From positions 2,757 through 66,756 of the forward strand of contig QFOU01000001.1 in assembly GCA_003241595.1 (NCBI GenBank): a DNA stretch of 64,000 nt, given 5' to 3'. The position numbers and the translations under genes are program-made. The notes under the pieces are model-generated. The model made no database searches. It was not told the DNA's origin and saw only the letters and a list, made by a program, of their open reading frames with translations. Below, one piece after another: positions 20,720-28,188 of this stretch. Position 1 is the stretch's first letter; each line of letters opens with the position of its first letter. The stretch is from Pseudomonas fluorescens. GTDB taxonomy: Bacteria; Pseudomonadota; Alphaproteobacteria; UBA2136; UBA6156.

Positions 20720-22021
20720 TTGGCTCACATGACTACCTCAGGTAGGTTGATGCGTATGACAATCACTCCTTCTTTATATTCAAAACCAGCCTCGTCGGAA
20801 TCTGCTCCTATGCCAGTTGTCTTACAGGTCTTGCCTGCTCTCAAAGATGGAGGCGTGGAATCCAGTGCGATTGAGATGGCTTATTATTTAAAAACACAGA
20901 ATTGGACCGCCCTCGTTGCCAGTGCAGGTGGCCCTAAAGCTGCTTTATTGGCACGTGGAGACATTTCCCATATTCAACTGCCTCTCTCCAGCAAGATGCC
21001 GTGGATAATTATGTGGAATGCCGTTCGGCTTGCCAAAGTTATCCACCAATCAGGGGTATCACTGGTACACGCTCGAAGCCGTGCTCCTGCCTGGAGCGCA
21101 TGGCTTGCATGCAAAATGACAGGCGTGCCGTATATCACTACGTTCCATGGCACCTACGGACTTAGCGGTAGCAAGTTGAAACGTTTTTACAACAGTATAA
21201 TGGTGCGAGGGCACTATATTATTGCTAACAGCCACTTTATTGAGAGGCATATTATTGAAAATTATAATGTAACACCTTCGCGTATCATTGTGGCTCCGCG
21301 TGGTATCATGCCTGAGATTTGGAACCCTGCATTATTTGACACGACATCACAAAAAGCGGTGCAGGATGAACTTGCTGTTCCCAATGACTCACCCCTCTTA
21401 CTTATGGCTGGTCGCATCACCCGATGGAAAGGTCATGACCTCGTGTTAGAGGCACTCGGACAACTTACCGACTTACCATGGACACTTGCTATTGCCGGAG
21501 GTGCAGACAAAGACAGCACCTATGCTGATCATCTGAAAGCACGCGCCGAAGTACTCGGGATTGAAGGTCGCATTAGATGGCTTGGTAGTCGCAGTGATCT
21601 GCCACGCCTTTTATCTGCCAGCCAACTCGCCATTAGTGGATCAACACGACCCGAAGCTTTCGGTCGCGTTGCTATCGAGGCCATGGCAATGGGAGTTCCG
21701 GTTGTTGCCACTGGGCTTGGCGGAAGTTTGGAGACCATTGTTGACGATGAAACAGGCTGGCTCGTTATGCCTGAATCACAGAACCGGGACTCCAAGGAGA
21801 TGACATTTGGGGAGTTTAGGCCACAGGCCATGGCTGAGAAACTCCGCAATGCCTTGCAAAACCCGCGCCAATTAGCGAGCATGGGGCATGCCGCACGTGC
21901 GCGCGTGCTCTCGAAATATACGGTAGAGGCATGCTGCTCCATGGAGCTGCTGGCTTATAAGCTAACCCTAAAGATAAAAGAGGCCACCACTCCTCTGACA
22001 GGGCAAGCCAAGCCCCAGTAA
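20720..22021 (+). CDS. Glycosyltransferase family 4 (GT-B fold, RfaG/WbuB-like)
   Basis: N-terminal GGVES sugar-acceptor-type motif. C-terminal EX7E-like region (EAFGRVAIEAMAMGVPVVAT). GC about 48%, below the genome background. The true start is likely an internal ATG (MTITPS or MPVVLQ). Confidence 0.8.
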   Translation: MAHMTTSGRLMRMTITPSLYSKPASSESAPMPVVLQVLPALKDGGVESSAIEMAYYLKTQNWTALVASAGGPKAALLARGDISHIQLPLSSKMPWIIMWNAVRLAKVIHQSGVSLVHARSRAPAWSAWLACKMTGVPYITTFHGTYGLSGSKLKRFYNSIMVRGHYIIANSHFIERHIIENYNVTPSRIIVAPRGIMPEIWNPALFDTTSQKAVQDELAVPNDSPLLLMAGRITRWKGHDLVLEALGQLTDLPWTLAIAGGADKDSTYADHLKARAEVLGIEGRIRWLGSRSDLPRLLSASQLAISGSTRPEAFGRVAIEAMAMGVPVVATGLGGSLETIVDDETGWLVMPESQNRDSKEMTFGEFRPQAMAEKLRNALQNPRQLASMGHAARARVLSKYTVEACCSMELLAYKLTLKIKEATTPLTGQAKPQ

Positions 22022-22058
22022 TGACGACAATGACAATAGGCTAAAGATTGGATCTAAT

Positions 22059-22532
22059 ATGAACCGCTGTATGATTGTGGTGGATGTACAAAACTACTAT
22101 CGCCCCGGCCCGGGAATGATTGCACAGATCAATCAATTGGCCGCAACCATGCCAACTGCCGCCACACTGTTTGTTCATGATGAGATTGAAGTCCCTCTCG
22201 TAAAGCTGGGACGCACGCCTCCCCAAGATAGTGCAGTACTGATCTCCGCCATGGCTGTCTTCCCTAAAGCCGGTTACGGCCTGCCCGTTCAGGCGATTGA
22301 ATGGTTGAAGAAGCAACAAGCCGACGAAGTTCTGGTTGCTGGATGCCACACTGATGCCAACCTACTGTCCGTAGGTTTTAGCGTGTTTAATGCAGGTATG
22401 CGTCCGGCCGTTCTACCTCCGCTATGTTTCGGGAACGATTGGTATATGCACACCGTTACCTTGGGTGTATGGGAGCGGGAAATTGGAAAAGTTTACCAGA
22501 GCGCAGCTGAACTCCAGTTTGGCGGACTGTAA
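22059..22532 (+). CDS. Isochorismatase-like cysteine hydrolase family protein (tentative)
   Basis: N-terminal VVDVQNYY block resembles the isochorismatase VVDMQNDF motif. A candidate catalytic Cys lies in AGCHTDAN. About 52% GC. Confidence 0.4.
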   Translation: MNRCMIVVDVQNYYRPGPGMIAQINQLAATMPTAATLFVHDEIEVPLVKLGRTPPQDSAVLISAMAVFPKAGYGLPVQAIEWLKKQQADEVLVAGCHTDANLLSVGFSVFNAGMRPAVLPPLCFGNDWYMHTVTLGVWEREIGKVYQSAAELQFGGL

Positions 22533-22539
22533 GGCGAAC

Positions 22540-22896
22540 GTGGTGCGTTACGCCCTGTTTTTTGTTGCAACATCAGTGCTTTGTGGGTGCGGATGGGTTG
22601 GCGAAGAGCGGTCGTATTACATGAAGAAGGATTTTGACCGTCTTTTTGACAGTGGATGGGTGAATGACGCGGGTGAGAATAGCGGAATTTACGACATCTT
22701 TCCAACAGCTTCGCGCAAGGAACGACTTGCTGAACAGCAGATCTGCCTGCACAAGAATGGCCAGAACCGTGTCGTCACCCAGGATGGGGTCAGCGACCAG
22801 CTCGCCTACCGCCGTTGCGCGCTGTCACCTTACGCTATGGACGGCGGGAGCCGGATGGGAATCCGTCCGGACGGAGTCGGATCAGTCGTTCGATAA
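22540..22896 (+). CDS. Small putative exported/lipoprotein-like protein (GTG start; signal MVRYALFFVATSVLCGC)
   Basis: Hydrophobic N-terminus followed by Cys. Overlaps the end of the previous ORF, so one of the two gene models may be wrong. Confidence 0.25.
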   Translation: MVRYALFFVATSVLCGCGWVGEERSYYMKKDFDRLFDSGWVNDAGENSGIYDIFPTASRKERLAEQQICLHKNGQNRVVTQDGVSDQLAYRRCALSPYAMDGGSRMGIRPDGVGSVVR

Positions 22897-23042
22897 ATGC
22901 AATCGCCCAGGTGGGCGATTACTTTTGATATTCAAGGCATTTTTACCGAAATATTGAGCGAGGCAAGTGAGGCGGTGAGCAAGGCCCTTTGAATTTGTGA
23001 GGGTTTTATCGGGAAGGGCTCGCGCAGGTGTGCAAGGCCACC

Positions 23043-23579
23043 CTACGACATCTTCTCCAGCGCGATGAGCACGTACACGAGCTTCATGGCGATGGTGCTG
23101 GTACCCATAACCAGACGCTCACAGACCAGCGCCCAGAGTGCGATCCCGAGCAGCAAATAGAGAATCCGGAATACCCACCAGAAAAAACCGTGGCCTGGCG
23201 CGATCCGTTCGTAGATGCCGGTTGTCGTATCGAGATACTCCGATGGCACCTGCCCGAGGGTGTGGGCTGACCAGTCGGTCGCTTCCACCTGTCGCCAGTC
23301 GGCGGAACTGAAACTGAAGATGTCGAAATGAGCCACCAGATACAGCGTGACACCCCCGAGAATGGCGTACCACAGCGTCAGGAGATGGCTGGGGTGGAAT
23401 TCGGCAAATGCCAGCGACACAACGGCGACGATAAACAGAATCGTCTTTTCCATGAAGCCATTGGATTTGTCGTAGCGGAAGGGCATGGAGATAGTATGGG
23501 GTGCACAGCGGAGCGTGGCAAGAATTGAACCGGGTGCTACCTCTTGATTATCTTTACATATGCCGCCGCCCGATGACAT
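23043..23579 (-). CDS. Integral membrane protein of unknown function (about 4 TM)
   Basis: Hydrophobic helices (ILFIVAVVSLAF, LWYAILGGVTLYLVAHF, FFWWVFRILYLLLGIALWALV). The likely start is an internal Met (MPFRYDK or MEKTIL). Confidence 0.45.
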   Translation of the reverse strand: MSSGGGICKDNQEVAPGSILATLRCAPHTISMPFRYDKSNGFMEKTILFIVAVVSLAFAEFHPSHLLTLWYAILGGVTLYLVAHFDIFSFSSADWRQVEATDWSAHTLGQVPSEYLDTTTGIYERIAPGHGFFWWVFRILYLLLGIALWALVCERLVMGTSTIAMKLVYVLIALEKMS

Positions 23580-23716
23580 ACCTACCCTATGAAGATCACA
23601 GCCCCGATGTTGCGCGGCCTCAGTTACACGGCGGTTTTTAGAGAATCCGGATTTCTATTCTTCGTAGAGAGGATTGGCGGTGAAATAGATCTGCCCTCTT
23701 AGAGAGGTTAGGGATA

Positions 23717-24697
23717 CTAGCGGTTGGCGCTGCCGGCGCGGCGTTCAGCGTCGCGGGCCTGCTTCTCAGTGTAGTCGCGCGGGATATCCAGGCGCTGGTT
23801 CAGCTTGATGGCGTTGGGGTTGCCGCCGATGGCGCCACGGTTGGCACTGTAGATGAGCGGCCAGAGTTTCCAGGTGCCGTAGATGGCCGGCTGGTCGGAG
23901 ATGCTGCCCAAGCTATCGCCGGTTTGCACCTTATACTTGGTGACCTGACCTTTGCTGTTGTGTTCGACGTAGCGGGGGTCGTTGGCAGTGGCAGACGCTT
24001 CCGACATGAAGGTGACGCCACCGCCGGAGGCTGTGGGGTTGGCTTCGCCGATGTTCACGCCGCCGGTATCGGCAATTTCGGCGCGAGTGCCGCCGCCGAC
24101 GGGTGCGCGATAATCATAATCGCCCGGACGGCTGGCCATACCGCCGCGGCCTTCGCCACGCCAGTCTTGCACGGCTTCTCCGATACGGGTGGCGCGGCCG
24201 ACACGGCTATCGCCGGTGGCCATGCCCCAGCCTTCGCCGGGATCGCCGATCAGGGTGTTACCGCCACGGCCTTCCGCCTCGGCTTCGGCCTGCGCATTGG
24301 CGGCCGCGCGTTCGGCGATGCTCGGCCAGCCGCCTTGCGCCTGGGCCGGCGTGCGGGCGGCCTGCTCCTGCGCCGGACGCATCACTTTGCTGGCGCTGGA
24401 GGAGAGATAGTCTTGCGCCTCGAGATCGGTGCGGGTGTAGAAATTGCTCCACTGGACGTGTTCGTCGTTGGGATAGTACGGCTGCACCACTTTTTTAGGG
24501 GGCGCCGAGGTGCGGCCCGGTTGTACCAGCGGTTTCTGGTCTTCGCGGAAGGTGAACATACGGTCCATCCAGCCCACGGAACCGGCATGAACCGGATTTG
24601 TAACCACCATGCTTACGACCATAGATGTCACAACGGGTAGCCCGAAGGACTGGAAAAGCGGCTTGAGAGCCGAAAAGGCGCGTGGACACTTGATCAT
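23717..24697 (-). CDS. LysM domain-containing protein (peptidoglycan-binding), N-terminally anchored, Gly/Ala-rich linker
   Basis: C-terminal LysM-like block (YKVQTGDSLGSISDQ...WPLIYSANRGAIG). N-terminal hydrophobic segment. Confidence 0.55.
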   Translation of the reverse strand: MIKCPRAFSALKPLFQSFGLPVVTSMVVSMVVTNPVHAGSVGWMDRMFTFREDQKPLVQPGRTSAPPKKVVQPYYPNDEHVQWSNFYTRTDLEAQDYLSSSASKVMRPAQEQAARTPAQAQGGWPSIAERAAANAQAEAEAEGRGGNTLIGDPGEGWGMATGDSRVGRATRIGEAVQDWRGEGRGGMASRPGDYDYRAPVGGGTRAEIADTGGVNIGEANPTASGGGVTFMSEASATANDPRYVEHNSKGQVTKYKVQTGDSLGSISDQPAIYGTWKLWPLIYSANRGAIGGNPNAIKLNQRLDIPRDYTEKQARDAERRAGSANR

Positions 24698-24717
24698 CTC
24701 GCGCTAATATACGAGGC

Positions 24718-26193
24718 ATGAAGCCCTTATACCAGTTGACCGCCTGCCTTCTCATCAGCTTTGTGATGCCCTGCGTGGCCGCTGTGGCACAGGTTGGCGC
24801 GGCGAAGCCCCCCGCCTTTACCGTTGCCGTCGCCAGCGCCCCGCGTACGTTAGACCCTGCCACCGCCACGGATGCGGCCGGCGCCCGCCTTTTACAATTG
24901 ACCCACCCCGCCTTGCTGGGATGGGACACCGCCTACCGCCCTGCCGGACAGGTGGCCCAGAGTTGCCGCATGCCGAGCCTGACGCAGGCGGTGTGCACCC
25001 TGCCCCCTTCCCTCACCTTTACCGATGGCAGCCCGTTGACCGCGCCGGATGTGGCGGCGTGGTTCGGACAGTTACAAGCGAACAAGCTTAGCCCCTTCGT
25101 TCAACTTAAGGATGTAAAGGTAACCGCGCCGACACGGACGACGTTGCAGTTTGATCTGCCCGCCGCGAACCTTGGCTTTTTGGGCGCGCTGACGGAGGTC
25201 CCCGTGGCCAAGCCCCAGCGACCGGAGATCGGTGCGGGGCCGTATAAGATCGTCAGTCATGATGCTACCGGCAGCGTGACCTTGGCGACCGACCGTGCCG
25301 ACATGCCCTCCACTTTAACATTCATCCCCCTGAGCGATGCCACGACGCGCCTGCTGAAACTGAAGAAAGGTGAAGTGGACGCGGTTTTGAACGACCTGCC
25401 GCCCCAGTTGGTGAACTGGGCCAAGGCAGAGGGCTTTCCCGTTGTGGCTGTACCCGGCAGCAGTTACAGCTACATCGGACTCAACTTACAGAACACGAAC
25501 TTAAAGCATCCGGCCGTGCGTGAGGCTTTGACGCTGGCGATTAACCGGGCGGCGTTGCGCACGCACTTATTGGGCGGTATGGCGACACCAGCTAGTACGC
25601 TGTTGCCGCCGGGGCATCCGGCCGCGTGGCCGGCGCCGGAGGAGGCGTATGATCCGTTCAGTGCCGAAAGCCTGCTGGATGAAGCCAACCTTCTGCCCGA
25701 TGGCACGGGCGTGCGTTTCCGGATGACCTTGCTGACCAGCACCGACCCGTTCAGCCAGCGCGTGAGTCAGGCGATTCAGGCGCAGTTGCAGGAGATCGGT
25801 GTGGCGGTCGACCTACGCCCCACCGAGTGGGCCAGCTTTTATGACAGTGTGAAGAAAGGTGCATTTGATGCCGTGATGTTGGCATGGACCGGTGAGCAGC
25901 AGCCGAGTTTTTACCAGCATGCTTTCCATAGTGCGCAAGTGCCGCCGGCGGGTTTGAACCGCGGGCGATTGAATGACCCACAGGTGGATGCGGCGACGGA
26001 CGCCATTATGGCGGCCAAGACCGAGGCCGAGCAGGTGGCCGCGACCGTACAGGTGCAGAAATTGCTGGCGGACGTGCGGCCTTATATTCCGTTGTACCGG
26101 CGGCATCAGGTGTTGGTGACCCGGCCGGAGGTGACGGGGTGCGGGTTGACGACCAGCGGCAATTATCTGGGGCTGGTGAGCTGCCGGAAATAA
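24718..26193 (+). CDS. ABC transporter substrate-binding protein, family 5 (peptide/nickel/opine type)
   Basis: Signal peptide. About 490 aa, SBP_bac_5-like domain organisation. No cognate permease gene adjacent in this window. Confidence 0.8.
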   Translation: MKPLYQLTACLLISFVMPCVAAVAQVGAAKPPAFTVAVASAPRTLDPATATDAAGARLLQLTHPALLGWDTAYRPAGQVAQSCRMPSLTQAVCTLPPSLTFTDGSPLTAPDVAAWFGQLQANKLSPFVQLKDVKVTAPTRTTLQFDLPAANLGFLGALTEVPVAKPQRPEIGAGPYKIVSHDATGSVTLATDRADMPSTLTFIPLSDATTRLLKLKKGEVDAVLNDLPPQLVNWAKAEGFPVVAVPGSSYSYIGLNLQNTNLKHPAVREALTLAINRAALRTHLLGGMATPASTLLPPGHPAAWPAPEEAYDPFSAESLLDEANLLPDGTGVRFRMTLLTSTDPFSQRVSQAIQAQLQEIGVAVDLRPTEWASFYDSVKKGAFDAVMLAWTGEQQPSFYQHAFHSAQVPPAGLNRGRLNDPQVDAATDAIMAAKTEAEQVAATVQVQKLLADVRPYIPLYRRHQVLVTRPEVTGCGLTTSGNYLGLVSCRK

Positions 26194-26194
26194 G

Positions 26195-26219
26195 AAAAGG
26201 AGCCTTACGGCTCCTTTTT
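26195..26219. terminator. Bidirectional terminator AAAAGGAGCC-TTAC-GGCTCCTTTTT between the SBP gene and infC
   Basis: Perfect hairpin with A/T flanks in a convergent gap. Confidence 0.75.
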
Positions 26220-26230
26220 GTTTGCCGGAA

Positions 26231-26818
26231 TTACTCGGCGGTGGGCTTGGCGTCTTCGGCAGGTTTCTTCGCGCCCTTTTTATCGGGGGACAGCACCAGC
26301 GTCATGAAGCGGCCTTCCAGACCACTGCGGAAATCGACCTTGGCGACGTCGGCGGTGTCGGCGACCAGGCGGTCGAGCATGGCGGTACCGATTTCCTGGT
26401 GGGTGGTTTCGCGGCCACGGAAGCGCAGGTTGATCTTGGCCTTGTTACCGTCGGCCAGGAATTCCTTAATCTTGCGGAGTTTGATGTTGTAGTCGTGGTC
26501 TTCGGTACCCGGGCGGAACACCATTTCCTTCACTTCGACGACCGTCTGGTTGCGCTTGGCTTCGGCCTTGCGCTTGGACTCCTGGAAGCGGAACTTGCCG
26601 TAATCGATGATCTTGCACACGGGCGGCACGGCGGTGGGGGAGATCTCGACCAAGTCGAGGCCCAGTTGCTGCGCCTTGAACACCGCGTCGCGGCTGCTCA
26701 TAACTCCAAAATTCTCACCTTCAGGGCCGATCACACGTACGGAAGGTACGCGGATATCGCCGTTGATGCGGTGTTCGTTCTGCCGGTTGCGGTCCGGCGT
26801 GCCTTTGAATCGTCCGAT
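26231..26818 (-). CDS. infC: Translation initiation factor IF-3, with probable non-AUG (AUC) start
   Basis: The conserved IF3 N-terminus (RINGDIRVPSVRVIGPEGE) lies upstream of the first GTG/ATG. The frame opens right after a TAA, and the only upstream candidate is ATC at 26816-26818. infC classically uses an AUU-type start. Confidence 0.85.
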   Translation of the reverse strand: MGRFKGTPDRNRQNEHRINGDIRVPSVRVIGPEGENFGVMSSRDAVFKAQQLGLDLVEISPTAVPPVCKIIDYGKFRFQESKRKAEAKRNQTVVEVKEMVFRPGTEDHDYNIKLRKIKEFLADGNKAKINLRFRGRETTHQEIGTAMLDRLVADTADVAKVDFRSGLEGRFMTLVLSPDKKGAKKPAEDAKPTAE

Positions 26819-26914
26819 TGTCGGGAATCCTTATTTATTACTCTGTGACTCACTTCTTATCACACTCTGCCTAAAATACAAGCTGACGGGGGTGGAAGTT
26901 CCGGTGCACCGGGA

Positions 26915-26948
26915 CATAAAAAAGGGCCGGATGCGGTTGCATCCGGCC
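26915..26948 (-). terminator. Rho-independent terminator GGCCGGATGC-GGTT-GCATCCGGCC followed by a T-run (minus strand) after the small Lys-rich ORF
   Basis: Perfect 10 bp stem with a 6-7 nt U-run on the transcribed (minus) strand. Confidence 0.7.
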
Positions 26949-26967
26949 GGTGATGGTGACGTGGGGC

Positions 26968-27093
26968 CTAGCGGCCGCCGTGGGCCTGTTTGCTGGTTTG
27001 TCCCTTTTTATGGGGCGATGCAGCGGGAATTTCCCGGTTGGCGTATGCAGGGCCCTTTTTCGGCTTGCCATTGGCTTTCGTCTTCGTTCCCAT
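26968..27093 (-). CDS. Small (41 aa) lysine-rich basic protein (MGTKTKANGKPKKGPAYANREIPAASPHKKGQTSKQAHGGR)
   Basis: Strong Shine-Dalgarno AGGAGA 6 nt upstream of the ATG. Followed by its own rho-independent terminator (26915-26948). Codon usage is acceptable. Confidence 0.4.
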   Translation of the reverse strand: MGTKTKANGKPKKGPAYANREIPAASPHKKGQTSKQAHGGR

Positions 27094-27276
27094 CAAGTTT
27101 CTCCTCTTGAAAGTGTCTAGAACGTTTTCTGAGTATACAAGCGAAGCGATGAATGCAAGGGAAAACATCGGTTTCAGGGAATTTTTACGAGAGGACGGAA
27201 TGCGGGCACACGGCTTCAGGTGAATATGACAAACCCCGGCGCATGGCCGGGGTTTGGTGGTGTCGCAATGGAAAGG

Positions 27277-28053
27277 TTAGAGAGGTTCGCCGCGTGTATT
27301 GGTGGTGAGGCCGTGTTTTTTGAGGACCGCGGCGATGTCGGCGGCGAGTTCGCGGGCCTTGCCGAGACCAGCGAAGATGCGGGGCAGCATCACGTGCCAC
27401 TGATGTTCGCGCGCGACCGCGGTATAGGGCGAGCCGGTGAGAAAGGCGGGGTCGAAGACCGCGCTCTGCTCGCCTTCGAACCCTTTGAAGCTTTGCGGCG
27501 CAAAGCCGAAGACTCCGATATTGTGAGGCTCGGCCTGGCCGAACGCCATGACTGCGCAGCGGGCCGCATGACCGTAGCCAACGGAGACCGGCTGGATCTC
27601 GGTAAAGCCATGTTGACGTGCGTAGGCGATGTAGCGCACGGCTTCGGTATGGGTGTTGAGCGGCAGAGTGCCGACGTCTTCCCAGAAATCGAAGTAAGCA
27701 TTGGCCAGCAATTGCATGGCACGGTCCGACTCCTCCTTGGTGCGGTGGAAGCCGAACGCCTCGCCGTGGTTGATGACGGTGTCGAGCGCTTTGGTCCACG
27801 TGGCGATATGCTCAATGTGGTGCACCTTGTGCTTGGTATATGCCGCGGCGACCTCATACGGCGACAGCGAGATGTAGAGCTGCGTCTCGAGGTTGGGATC
27901 CATGAGCAGCGCCTGATGAAGGGCTTGCAGAATGGAACCGCGTTTGCCGGTGGTGGTGTTACCGACCATCAGGTTGAAGTGGTCTTCATTGACTTCCCCA
28001 GAGTGAGGGCCGTGGGCGTGAACCGTGATAAGAATGCGAGGCGGTGACTGCAT
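27277..28053 (-). CDS. Amidohydrolase-like protein (creatininase / N-formylglutamate amidohydrolase-like; family uncertain)
   Basis: N-terminal ILITVHAHGPHSGE block resembles the metal-binding HGPH/HxG motifs of the creatininase and FGase families. 258 aa. Lies between thrS and infC. Confidence 0.35.
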   Translation of the reverse strand: MQSPPRILITVHAHGPHSGEVNEDHFNLMVGNTTTGKRGSILQALHQALLMDPNLETQLYISLSPYEVAAAYTKHKVHHIEHIATWTKALDTVINHGEAFGFHRTKEESDRAMQLLANAYFDFWEDVGTLPLNTHTEAVRYIAYARQHGFTEIQPVSVGYGHAARCAVMAFGQAEPHNIGVFGFAPQSFKGFEGEQSAVFDPAFLTGSPYTAVAREHQWHVMLPRIFAGLGKARELAADIAAVLKKHGLTTNTRGEPL

Positions 28054-28188
28054 GGTCTTCTCCTGAGAGTTGGGGCGCTTGGGGAGCCCTAGGAAACTTG
28101 AATGGTCAAGCAGGTTATATAATTGTATTCAATTTAATGCAAGAGCCTACACAAAGCCCGCCGGAGAGGCGGGCTTTGTGTTTTGCAC

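Noticed and set aside
22390-22620. N-terminal 77 codons of the ORF-track 22390-22896 ORF
   Set aside because: This part overlaps the 3' end of the isochorismatase-like gene in another frame. A shorter model starting at GTG 22540 (signal-peptide-like) is more plausible. Even that is low confidence.
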